From assembly GCA_964276515.1 (NCBI GenBank), contig OZ193909.1, forward strand, positions 10,850,001 through 10,914,000: 64,000 nucleotides of DNA, given 5' to 3'. The position numbers and the translations under genes were made by a program. Shown one piece after another: positions 12,101 through 23,855 of the stretch; within the stretch, counting starts at the first letter, position 1; every line of letters starts with the position of its first letter. This DNA comes from Gordius albopunctatus (taxonomy: Eukaryota). The notes under the pieces were generated by a model. It was not told the DNA's origin, did no database searches, and saw nothing but the letters and a program-made list of their open reading frames with translations.

Positions 12101-15100
12101 TTTCGCTCAATAGCACGAATTAATTCTAGACAACTACGATCTGTCTTTATTGCATTTTTAATCATTTCTCTATTCAGTGTTAAGTCCTCTATCATTAATA
12201 ACCCGACATTGTTTATTTTGGCATCGTCACCATCTACGTGGGTAGTCAATCTAGACAGAGCATCTGCACATTTGTTGTCTTTACCCATACGATATTTAAT
12301 TTCATATTGATATGAATTTAATAATAAAGCCCAACGTACCAGCCTGTTATTAACCATTTTGGGTAGATCCCTTTTACAACCGAAAATTCTTTCTAACGGT
12401 TTGTGGTCCGTTGTTAACGTATATTTCGTCTTCTGAGATACTGATTAAATTTTTCAATTCCAAAAATTATGGCTCTAGCTTCACGGTCAATCGTCGAATA
12501 TTGTTTTTCTGATTGGCTCAACGTTTTAGAAGCATAAGCTATGGGTCTTTCAGATTTGTCGGGAAAAACATGAGATATCACGGCGCCTACACCTGTCTCG
12601 GACGCATCAACTGCAAGATTTAACTGGTAACGTTGTACTATACGGTACTAAGGTGTCAGAAGATGAGAGCATCAACTTAACTTCATCAAAAATTTTCTGT
12701 TCCTGAATTGTCCATCTCCACATTATGGTAGAACCAGTTAAGGCATGTAGTGGAGCACATTTTTCATGTAATCGCGGAATAAAACGTTCCTGATAATTCA
12801 CAAGGCCTAAAAATGAGCGTAGCTCCTTTTTATTTTCTGGTATCTTGAAATTTTTAATTGCCTCAATGCGTTCTTCCGTAGGGTGGATACCTGTCGAATC
12901 AATTTTATGTCCTAGATAGGTAACTGAGTTTTGGAAAAATTTGACTTTTTCCTTTTTTGCTTTCAGCCCAGCATTTTGTATTCTTGTTAGGACCTCGTTT
13001 AGATTTTTCAAATGGTCATCTTGATTTAACCCAGTGACTATAATATCATCTAACAGTACCCCAGTGTGCGGAATTCCATTTAACAAATCTTCCATATATC
13101 TTTGAAATAAGTTGGGAGCAGTCGCTAATCCAAAAGGTAGTCTTTTATATTGAAAATGCCCTATATGCGTAGCGATTGTAAGCATATGTCTGCAATCTTC
13201 GTCTACCACCATTTGCAAATAGGCATCACGCAGATCAATTATTGTATACTTTTCCCCACCAGCTATTTTTGTGATAAGGTCGTCAAACGTTGGTAACATA
13301 TGGTTGTTTGTATTCAAGTATGGGTTCAATGTTACCCTAAAATCACCGCGTATGGCTCCGTTACTCTTTATTACATTAACTGTGGGTGTAATCCATTTTA
13401 TTTCATTCATAGAAGGGTCAACACGTTTAATAATGTCTTCATTTAACAATCTTTTTAATTCCATTTCTACTTTCTGTCTTAAAGGAAATGGTACCCTTCT
13501 GGTTTGTAATGCAATAAGTTGGGCCCCTTCATTTAGGAAAACTTTGACTTTATAATTTTTTGTTATACCTGGGCCATCACTGAATACAGCCTCATATTGT
13601 TTAAGTACTTTAGTAACAATGTCATCTTGAATTTTATTTATTTTTACCACTTCTGGAAGATCAAGTTGGAAGGCTTTAATCCAATCCAGACCAAATATTG
13701 GACCTTCATTAGCAGTTGTCACAAATACTGGTAATTTTAACACCTTCACCCCCAGTTGTACATTTACAGTAGTTTTACCTAATATTGGTATGGGGTGATC
13801 TCCAAAAGATTTTAACTTTAGGCATTGTTCCAGGCTAGGATTCTGAATCAAATTGTAAATTGCCTGGTTAATTATAGACACTGCAGCCCCTGTATCAAAT
13901 AACATGTTGCAAGTTATTTCATTTATATTTACCTTAATATAAGGCTTTAAATTTTTAACTGTGTTCACCATATTTACATTTCTTGTGTGACAGAATTTTG
14001 AAAAATGACCCTTTTTCTGACAGATAAAACATTGTTTGTAAAACGCAGGGCATTTCTTTGGTTCATGATGTTTGCCACACCTAGAACAATTGTGATGTTG
14101 TTGTTTCACATAATGTTGTTGTTTAGTTTTTGGCTTATACCTTGGATTTATAGCATCAATTTCGTAAGTTATGACTTCTTTCTTGGCCAACTCCATGGCT
14201 TCAGCTATCTTGTATATCTCTTCAAATGTTATTGTATTGCCATTTGAATCTGTAGCCTCAGGCCATCGTGTTCTTACTTCTATTTCAAAAGTTTTGTTTT
14301 GGATCCCGTGTAACATCTGGTCCCTGAGATGTTCATCTAGGTTAGTAGCAAAATTACATTCTTCTGCTATTGTCTTAAGTCTATTAGCATAATCCTTTAT
14401 TGCTTCTCCCTCCTGTTTAATACATCTTATAAAATTTAACCTGTTTTGGAATATTGTTCTTTTAATTTGAAAAACTTTCTTGATTGCATCAATTAATTCC
14501 TTATATGTGAGGATGGTAATCCTTAGGATATAAATAAGATCTAATCTTTTCAATATTGCTTTGGCCCATATATGCCAGGATCAATGTGGTTGCTTTTTTA
14601 TTTAGATCCGTAATGTTCCTAGCTTTGAATATATTATCTAATGTGAACAAATATGATTCTATCTTATCTGAAGGGTTGTAGCTAGGAATAGATTCCATGA
14701 TCTTTTTAGATCCTATCGACCGCGCCAGAATATAGCGTACTCAATTTAAATGTTTATTCAAAATTGGTCATATGTTCAATATACAAATTGTATGCACTAG
14801 GAATACCGAACATACAATATAATAATACGATGTATCTTTCGTTAATACAAATATTACAGGTCAAGTGCTATTTGCTAAACTATGAAATTTTTAAATATTC
14901 CTAGTTGAAGTAATGGCTAAGCTGTAAAATATTAAATTTATTAAATAGATCTGGAGTAAACGGTACACTCTTTCAAATCACGATTATAGAAGGAATCTTG
15001 AGGCGATGCTTAGATTGAACAAAACACAAATGTCTAATGGTAGGAAGACTGTTATTTTTCTACAAACTCTGAAAAAAATAGTATACGGAAATCAAATGGA

Positions 15101-17634
15101 AAGCACAGACGATCAAAATGTATATTGAATATTTAATTAATAAAATTTCACATTTTTTAACAATTTATATAATTTAAGAATACAAGTAGTTTCCTCTTTT
15201 AAAAAAACCATAATTAAAATTAGGGGTCCACGTCTTAATTCTGCCTAAGCGCTTGTCTTAATATCGGATTTTGCTGCGCAGCAAAAATCGTCCTACGAGT
15301 TATAACATAGCCGTGTCTTAACTTCGAATTCACGGCAGATTTGCATGTCAGACGCATAACATAACAGCGATTTTGTAAGTTGCAAAATATTTCATAAGCT
15401 TAAATGTTGTATGTTTTTAAATTTTTAGGTATCACCGAAGCTTAGATCTAATCTCAAGAGTTGAAATAAACAAAAAAACGTTTTTAACTATCAAAAAACA
15501 AAATATTAATAATTACAACCGAGTTTGACCCATAAAATCGAATCGGATATTTAGACAAAAATAAACTCGCGCGATTTGAATCTGAATCCGATATTAAGAC
15601 AAGCCCTAAGGCGTAAAAAAGCCTGAGTAAAAGTTTTGCTCGCCTTTTGTTTTGTTTCTAGGAGCGGAACTTAATAATTAATTTAAGACACTTTTTTTAT
15701 AATAAAGTTATTCTAAACTGGTGTAAATATTGTTGCGCTGCTTTGTGAAAATTGTTCTAAATGATTAACTATAAATAACTTACATGTTAAGCGCTTTTTG
15801 GATCATGATTTTATACAATATAATTTTTTGCTAAAGGTAGTGTTGCATTCAGGTCAAAAATTTATTTGTTATTTTATAGTAATTATAATGTTTGGTCGTT
15901 TATTTAAAAACAAATTTTATTATATTAAGATTTTAGAAATGTACCTTCAAAAAATATTTAAAGTTTGTGGATCAATGAAGTTATTAGAATATGACGATGC
16001 ATTAACACTACAAGTATATTATTCATGAATGTAACAACAAATGTTTATTAGAAATTTCAGGCAAATATATATGAAATGATGCAAAATATAAGCCATAGTT
16101 TGGAAAATTATATTCCTTTAAATTCAACCAAACTTTTGGAATATACGCAACTGAAAACTTTGCAAGAAAATTTATGTCAAACTGACGCCATTTCACTGGC
16201 AAACTCAAATCAGGAGAATTTAGATAATCTATTAAAACTTTGGCAAAGATTGACCAAAGTATTTGTAATTAAATGCTTTACATTTTTTTAGAAGTCGGAG
16301 ATTAGTGACATGAAACCTTCTATTGATGAAGCGAACATTATTAATAATTATTTACATGAAGAATATTCCGAATTATTATTGAGCATTAAAATGATTCACT
16401 GGCATCTTACTGTGATTAGAAAAATCTATACAAATTGCAACCAATCGACTGATTCATTAAAACAAAAATATAAAGATATACTTATATCGCTATTAAAAAA
16501 TAAGGTTTCTTATTTAAAATAAAGCTAAAATATTACTAATATACCCTTTGCCGTGTTATAATGTTATTCCTGCATTAACTGGTTTAGGTACCTTCAAGTT
16601 GGAACTGTGGGGGCTTTTACCATCTTCAAGATGATTGCCATAGTTATTTTATCAAACTTTTTAACAGAATAAATATTATACAAGAATATCTTAATAGCAA
16701 AATAAACATAGCTTATTTCAAAACGGCACATTTTGAAATTAATTGCATGAAATTTCCACAGACTTTCCTACCCATTTACAAATTTTACTATTGCCAGTGA
16801 GTATTTAATAAATTTACTAAATTTAGAAAAATTGCTGTTTGGGCCGACATATTATTTTACTCCTTTTATTTTATATAGTTAATTCTCACATGCACTTACA
16901 TTTATTTTATTTTATGCCGTTAGGTTTGGACCTGAAATTAAATTGTAGGCATAGCTATAATTAATATTCTCTCGTAATGCCACATTCAAATATTTTTAAT
17001 TTTTAAAACATTTTCATGTATGTGAAAGTAAAAAAATAGTATTAAGGTGATCTTGAAAGTTTAGCATTTTGTGGGTTTATAAAACTTTATAACAATATAA
17101 TTAAATATAAGCTTGCATGCTGTACATATTATCAATATTGACGAAACGAACTAAAAATTATCAATATTTATTATTTTGATTATGAAATAAATGGATTGTT
17201 TCATTTATTTAGACAAACCTCGATCGATCCTAATTATGCGGAATTTATCATTAAAACGGAACAATTATCAACCATTAATACTGCTTTGAATGTTAAAGGA
17301 TTCGTGACCATGAATTTTGTATTAAAATCCGATCCTCTTAATTGTGTGTATTTGGAAAAATGCACCAAAGATTCACCACTTTTTTCTTCAATATCTATAC
17401 TCCCCCTTGTTATTCAGGTAAATCCACAATTATTGACTATTAAATTTGATGTTTTAGGAAGTACGAGATGGTAATAAAGACTATTTAAAAATACCCGTTT
17501 ACTTATACAATGAACAGCAAACTTGTTTTAAGGATCTAGAACCCATTTTAAATTTATATTATAGAGTAGAGACAAGAAAAAATGATAAATGGCCTCTGTT
17601 ACACAACCTTACAATATTGATAAAATATTTTTAA
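190..17634 (+). CDS. DYNC2H1: Cytoplasmic dynein-2 heavy chain, 3' part (AAA3 to C-terminus), multi-exon; 5' part lies upstream of the window
   Basis: Spliced exons give dynein-2 motifs in the correct order: [19 protein letters not shown] (AAA3, 343-); stalk/[94 protein letters not shown] (4174-5232); CWICFTNIH...HRFWF (AAA6); [14 protein letters not shown]...IVYGNQ across intron 10673-14948; terminal exon YLKIPVY...KWP, TAA at 17632-17634. Introns are GT-AG. Confidence 0.9.
5813..5986. mobile_element. MITE of the CATGGGCGTAGCC family
   Basis: Ends GGGGGCGTAGTC / GGCTACGCCCATG; imperfect TSD CTAAGTTA/CAAAGTTA; interior shared with 42990-43165. Confidence 0.8.
7417..7672. mobile_element. Composite or degenerate copies of the CATGGGCGTAGCC MITE family
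   Basis: CATGGGAGTACCCAGG start, internal CATGGGGGGG...GGCTGCCCC block, GGCTACGCCCACG end. Confidence 0.65.
9054..9263. mobile_element. MITE of the CATGGGCGTAGCC family
   Basis: TIRs CATGGGCGAAGCCAG / CTGGCTTTGCCCATG. Confidence 0.75.
10793..10920 (-). repeat. 3' LTR
   Basis: Direct repeat of 14731-14858, preceded on the minus strand by the polypurine tract. Confidence 0.97.
10933..14698 (-). pseudogene. Frameshifted gag-pol polyprotein of the Gypsy element
   Basis: ORF pieces 14501-14698, 12607-14553 and 10933-12357. Gag zinc knuckles [27 protein letters not shown]; protease LFDTGA; RT LPFGL...LLDD; integrase HQGHPG...[22 protein letters not shown]. Frame breaks near 14520 and in the RNase H region (~12400-12610). 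Confidence 0.93.
14711..14727 (-). promoter_or_regulatory. Primer-binding site, probably for tRNA-Ser
   Basis: Plus strand reads TCCTATCGACCGCGCCA, a tRNA-like 3' end with G discriminator + CCA resembling eukaryotic tRNA-Ser. Confidence 0.7.
14731..14858 (-). repeat. 5' LTR
   Basis: Direct repeat of 10793-10920, followed on the minus strand by the PBS (14711-14727). Confidence 0.97.
15249..15606. mobile_element. PIF/Harbinger-like MITE in a dynein intron
   Basis: 22-bp TIR G(C/G)GCTTGTCTTAATATCGGATT flanked by TAA on both sides. Confidence 0.8.
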
Positions 17635-18047
17635 AATTGTATACATTTTATTAATTTTTAACAAATTCCTACCTTTTATACTAATAAAGGATATGCGCTA
17701 CTATCTATGTATGTGTATATGTATGTAAAGGCTAAATTATGAAACTACCGGCCCGATTCGCGCGAAAATTTAGCCGTAGATGCCCAGGGATGCCAGGGGT
17801 AAAATAGCTTTTTCAGATTCCTAAAATTCCTTTTAATTTTAAAAATATGGGCCTTTTAGTTTTAAAAAAGAGCTTAATTCTAAAACTGCCGGTGTAGTAT
17901 CCATTTCCACGACGCTCAAAAATAGCGACATGCCAATCAAAAAAATTTCTTAAAATTTTTAATTAAATTTCTATAGGCTAACACAAACGTCAATCAACAG
18001 ATATTTTCAGTTAATAACCTCTAATATTCACAAATAATATTGATTAT

Positions 18048-19048
18048 CATGGGCGTAGCCGGGGGGGGCAGCCCTAATTTAGAAAAAAAGAAAAATTTCA
18101 ATACAAAAACCCTTAAAAATTAAAAAAATTATGTTTTGCCCCCCCCCCCCCCATTTGAACTTAACTCAAATAAATACAGAGGCTTATATTAGCGAATTTA
18201 CACATAAATTTAAATTATTTTGGTAAAATTAAATCTAAATTTTAGATTACTAGTTGCGATTGTGTTTGTCTAGTCATTATTTATTTCCTATTCCTAAAAT
18301 TAATACATACATTTACATACATACAAATTAATTTCCCTAACAATTTCCAATTTAATGGATATTCGTACATACTTTATTAAAAAAATTTTATTTTGAATCT
18401 TTATTGATCTTTGATAATATTTATTTCAGTATTTTAATTATTTAGCAAAGACTTTTTTGAAAATTTTGTGTGTTTTGCTTACATAATTTTGGACATATTT
18501 ATTAATTATATATAAATTTCAGAAAATTTTATGAAATACTTTAAATTTATTTAAATAATTTTTGATTTAAAAAATAGTAATTTATGAAGGTATATTTTAT
18601 ATTACATTAATCTGATTATGAATATTGTTTAGATTTATAGTTATTAAAAATTTTGTGGGGCTTGGGCTATATTCAGTATTTTTTAGTAAATTGCAAAAAC
18701 TTTTTATATAGGTTTTCAGACATCTATTTTTTCTGTATCATCATTATATAGTAATTGCATGTTTTTGGTATTTAATTATATCAAATTTTTAAATTATAGC
18801 ATGCCAAAGGAAAGTGAGGAGTGTAGAGCTGGATGGAGAGAACGAGTTGTGTTCGTCTATAGGAATTAATTAAAGTAAGGATTTAAGGCGCTGCCCCCCC
18901 CTCCTCCTAATTAGCCAAATTTAAATCCGGAAAATTTTTTTGGATAGGCGAGACCTTTTTTTTTGTTCTCAGGAAAAACTTTGGGATAGTCAAGGAAAAT
19001 TTTTTGTTATCTGCCCCCCCCCCTAACTCAAAAGCTGGCTACGCCCAG
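18048..19048. mobile_element. ~1-kb non-autonomous TIR element of the CATGGGCGTAGCC family
   Basis: TIRs CATGGGCGTAGCC / GGCTACGCCCAG; exact 8-bp TSD TTGATTAT (18040-18047, 19049-19056). Confidence 0.85.
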
Positions 19049-19865
19049 TTGATTATAATTCAACCATGGTTGGTCTTGGTTTACAAGATTAATAAAAATT
19101 TATCATATTTAGCACACTACGCATTTACTTATCTTTTGATATGTGTTTTTGACCTTGAGCTCATGATTATTATATCTATTTTTATAAGCCTATGCTTTTT
19201 AATTTTATGTAATTTTGGTAAAGCTTATAACCTAAGCTAATTTAATTGATAAACTCAATATTGCACTTGGTACAATTATAATAACCCTAGGGATATTTAA
19301 GTGGGTATTTGAATACATTTTATTTTACGCTGATATGATATTTATACATCATAAGCTTATCCTTTTAATTATTACTATTGTCTATAGGCTTAAATAAATA
19401 TAACTAAGGTAAAGTTTATAACTTTAGCTAATTTAAATTATAAGCTCAAATTATTATAAAATGATTTTTAATAAGCTTTATAAGTGATTATGTGCATTTT
19501 TATATAAAATTAGGGATATTAAATGGAATAAAATACATATGCTTGACTTTAAACTGATGTCCATAATTTAACAATAATTAACACAAACTCAAATATCAAG
19601 ATTGTTATTTTGTTTAAATTGTAATCTGAGTCAAATAGATATTTTAAAAGTCTGAATTATTTTCATCTAATATAAATTATTATATGAATTAATTTGCAAT
19701 TTACATATACATATGATTTTTGATAATTTGTTAAATTATAAACTGACTCAAATGGCTATTTTCAAATTCAAAGACTAAATTATCATGATCTAATATAAAT
19801 TAATATGCCAAATACATATGGTATGAAAAAAGATTTGATTATGTACTCAAATATCAACTTTGATA

Positions 19866-20335
19866 ACACAGGTCTACAAATTTTGACTTTGTGATTCCAT
19901 CCTGCAATTGGACCAATAATCCTGATAGAGAATTTTGCGCTGATCACAAATATGTTTTTAGTTTTTTTTCCAAAATCTCCAGTTTTTTAGATAAATGAGG
20001 TTAAAGGTGTAAAAAATGCCTTTTTAAGGTATTTTGAAGTTAAATACCAACGCCATTTTAGATTTATATTGAAAAAACTAGTGTTTTTGTGTAGATTTAA
20101 GTCTCATCTCCCCTTGTATTAATTTATTTTTTTTATTTCACCTCTATATTTACATTTATACGCGTTTACGTGAACCCCTTCCCCTTATCAAAATTCGCCC
20201 CACAACGTCTGGAAAAAGGAGTACAGTAGAGTACATCTTACACACGCGCTATTTACTAACACATCTCTCCCTCCCTTTCTCCATCTCCTCCACTCCCGCC
20301 CCCTTCATGTGTGCTTGGATAGAAATGCATGAAGG
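19866..20335 (+). repeat. Dispersed repeat (probable DNA-transposon end), second copy at ~50073-50540
   Basis: Colinear shared blocks: ACACAGG...ACTTTGTGATT, ACGCCATTTTA, GAGTACA..GAGTACAT, ACTCCCGC...TGTGTGCTTGG. Confidence 0.65.
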
Positions 20336-21209
20336 ATATAAATTATGGCTTATTAAGATCGGTTAAATTTTTATAGAGTTACTGTTCGCGACATTATTAC
20401 AAAGCTAGATTCTTGATAACAACTTCACTATAAAAAGATTACTCATAAATGCTTTAATAACTTGTTGTTATTAATTTATTAAACGCCGAACAATTATAAT
20501 CAGGAGTATAAAAACTACAAAACTGTGTGTATATGTAAGAAGTTTATAAGGCGTCGGGAAATTCGATAATCATTATTTATGGAACATTTTAGTTTTTTGT
20601 AGAAAATCCATAATTTTCTTGGAATATCTAAAATAATCGATGAGCTTCTATGAAGATCAATTATTTTCTGGGAAGTTCTTAGAATAGATATTAGTTTCTA
20701 GGAAGGAATATCGATTGACTTTCCGGAAAATCCACTCCAATGCTTATAATTATTCATTTTGGTATCCAAAAAACAATGTTGACTATTTAGATCAATAGAA
20801 CGTAAATAACGAACTTAGGAAATATAATATAAATTATTTTTCTTATTAGAAGACTTTGTAGAATCTCACGACAAATCCTAGAATAGGAAAAAGGACATTC
20901 TATTATTATAGGATAAATAACTAAACTTTGGGGTATTTATTGGAGTAACCATGGGTAGGCAATAAAAATAGCTACTGTTGTAAATGTTCATTTGCATTCT
21001 GACATGTTAGATATCATTAATATTCAATTGCAAATAATATCTCGTTTTAAGAGTGTTATTCATCCAAAAGTCTTCCTGTCATTAAACTTAAGGCCTTATA
21101 TCATATGAAATCTGTATTAATTGACAGTTTTCCTCATAATTTTAAAAATGCCTCATCAACTATTTGGCGAAATTCTTAAATTATTTACTTGCTTAACTCT
21201 TATTCTCTA

Positions 21210-21840
21210 TCTTGGTCCATATTCAATACTATTCTTACATCAGTCCGTCTTAGTATATGTCCATACCACTTTAGCCGATTTTCGTTTATCATGTTCGCCA
21301 TAGGTAGGAAGTAATTCCTCGTATGGTCCAGCTTTGTGCATCCAAGGCTTCAGCATATCATTCACATCTCCGTAAATTGTATTAACTTGTTGTTTTACTT
21401 ACTTGCCTAGGCAACACCGGTCTTACGATTGATTTACAAGTTTTTTTCTTCATCCATATTGACATCTTCTGTGACACATTACAACTGATATATTTTACGA
21501 GCCATCTTTTTAAATCCGGACATTAACTTCCTCGCAAACTCCTCCTTGATGCAATATCTAGTCGTTATTCGTCTGCTGGATATTTAAACTCATTATGCTG
21601 CAATGACTGTAACATTCAGCTCCATGCATGGAATTTTAGGCCATATCTAGCTAACCGTTTTGAACACCTTTTGTAGTCTCTTCGCATATTACTATATCAT
21701 CGGCATATAACATACAACAGTTTTGGATTTCCTTCTTTATTGTATCCTTAAGTGCAATAAAGAATAAGAGGAACTTAAAGCAGATCCTTGGTGTCATTGA
21801 ATCGACCCAAAAGGGTTAATATCCCCACTGACCTTCTAAC
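21210..21840 (-). pseudogene. Decayed RTE-clade LINE reverse transcriptase fragment
   Basis: Minus strand gives HQGSAL, CCMLYADDIVICEE, FKYP..., with stops and frameshifts. Confidence 0.8.
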
Positions 21841-22707
21841 TTAAATATTGTTGCTATGCCTTAAAAATGCATCAGAAATATTTAGCATTTCAAGAACCAC
21901 CATACCAAATCAGGAGATTTTTGTCATACTTTTAAGTAGAAAGGATGGGCCGATAACTAAGGTTCTCCAGTCAAATTCTCAGCCATTGGGGAAACGTTTG
22001 AAAACACTTTCAAATTATATTGTTTTGAAAATTTTTCAATTCACGAAAGGATCCATACCCGAAAATTATATTGAACCACTTAGCGCATTCATAATTATTT
22101 TCTGCCAAAGCCTTTTACAATTTAATTTAAATCGCTGCTAAGTTATTTTTTTATTAATAATCTTAAGGCGCTCTTTTAACAAATTTCTAAAGCTCCTTCA
22201 GTGTTATTAATTTTGATTTAAATATATACAGAGTTTTAATATCGTCTCGAGCTCGACCCTGAAAGCAAAATATTGTCTCGTCTCGAGTGCCAATGTGAAA
22301 ATCTCGAGTTCGTATAGTCTCGGCCTAGAAAAATCTTGTTATCGTCTCGTATCGACGATAAATCTCGATATGTCTTGAAATTTTATTATATACTGTCAAA
22401 TATTTTTCCGATTTATTTAAATTATTATGTAAATTGCGAACCATTTTTCTATTAAAAACCTCTAAAAACATGTTTTACATATTTGACCTAACTATAGGCC
22501 TTAGTTAGTGTCGAGGGTGAAAGATTGTGAGATTACGTGTGTGGAATGTTTCGATTGATGTATTAATTTCTATGCAATTTATGGGCTCACTTTCCATTTC
22601 CCGAATGTCTTGTCACGCTATTCGTCATGTTTACGACTGAGACTTCGAATAAGCCATCTTGAGTACGATACCCTGTGTCCCCCCCCCACAAAGACTTATG
22701 CCTCTAC

Positions 22708-23005
22708 TGATCTCTTATGTATTTATCTCCTTTTTTACCGTGTCCTGGCTGCTGACCAATGACAAAAAATGACCATTGGCCAAAGTATGAATCGAACTTT
22801 TTTTTTTGACTCTTATGTATTTATATCCACTTTTACCGTGTCCTGGCTGCTGACCAATGAAAAAAATGACCATTGACCAAAGTATAAATCGCAATTTTTT
22901 TTCGTTTTTTTGACTCTTATGTATTTATAGACCGTCTCTTGGTACTGACATATGGAAAAAATGACTATTGGCCAAAGTGTGAATCGTCTCTTGGTACTGA
23001 CCAAT
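22708..23005 (+). repeat. Tandem repeat of a ~100-bp unit, about 3 copies
   Basis: CTCTTATGTATTTAT...CCGTGTCCTGGCTGCTGACCAATGA...AATGACCATTGGCCAAAGT repeats at ~22712, ~22810 and ~22914. Confidence 0.9.
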
Positions 23006-23855
23006 AGAACAATTTAGCACCTGTAAATTTTTTAGGATATACTTTTAGATGCTCGGTATTAACAGGCAATAGCGGAGCTATTGCATGTCGCTGCTCGTTT
23101 CGTCGCAAGTTTATTAATTGTTTTAATTCATACCGCTCCATGTAGTTTTTTTATTAATTCAAAAAACTATATCCTTTATCCTTAATCCATAGATATCCCT
23201 ATTTCCCCTATTAAATACCCTCCTTTCAATAGCTTAAACACTGGCGTTTACTGTTTTTTTTTAATTTTTATTTAGTACAGGGTTAAACTAGGTAATAGGT
23301 AAAACTTTGTAGCTATAGATTGAGTCAAGTCGGGCATGAACTTTATCTTTTTCCAGTAATATTATTTGCTATGCAATTATGGTGATTCCAACATAAATTG
23401 CATAGCAAATATGCTTCGTTTATACGTAGTATAAAAGAGTAATAGATGTGTATGAAGATTTGAAACAAAAATATGTCAAGCCGGAACGCCCCCAGGTAAG
23501 GGGGTTTGGGGGCGTAGCCCCTAACGGGGGACTGAGCCTCCAGTTACGCCCGAAGGGCGTAATTTTATATTTCGTTAATCCTCGTGAGGTGATATTAAGT
23601 TTGTATTACGCACCTAGTTTGAATATATATATATATATATCTTCTTGTCAGCTGTAGTACCTCCCTCTAAATAAATGCTGTGATGCCTCCTTTTAAATAA
23701 AGTTCCTTTTCCTTCTTCAACATTCCTTTCATTAACAGTTAGCACCGGGAAAAATAATTATTATAAAAATTTTTAAGACAAGAATCTTAACCTTAGATAT
23801 AACCGTCATCAGTTGATTCCTAAAGAATTTATTGCAAGTATTATGTAGTTACTAG

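Larger units (their letters stand above)
10793..14858 (-). mobile_element. Ty3/Gypsy LTR retrotransposon (Mag-like), full length 4066 bp, in a dynein intron
   Basis: 128-bp LTRs at 10793-10920 and 14731-14858 (1 mismatch seen). 5-bp TSD GGTCA (10788-10792, 14859-14863). PBS TGGCGCGGTCGATAGGA next to the 5' LTR and PPT GAAAGGGAGAAA next to the 3' LTR. Domain order gag-PR-RT-RH-IN. Confidence 0.97.
17667..23098 (+). mobile_element. Probable non-autonomous Helitron carrying nested insertions (the two ends may belong to separate copies)
   Basis: 5' end TCCTACCTTTTATACTAATAAAGG + (TATG)n microsatellite + AAACTACCGGCCCGATT resembles Lep1-type Helitron starts. 3' end has hairpin GCAATAGC-GGA-GCTATTGC (23066-23084) then CTCG|T. 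No TSD. Confidence 0.5.

Noticed and set aside
11092..14392. Plus-strand ORFs within the Gypsy element
   Set aside because: Antisense shadows of gag-pol with no motifs.
14711..14727. tRNA gene
   Set aside because: Only 17 nt matching a tRNA 3' end including CCA; this is the retrotransposon primer-binding site.
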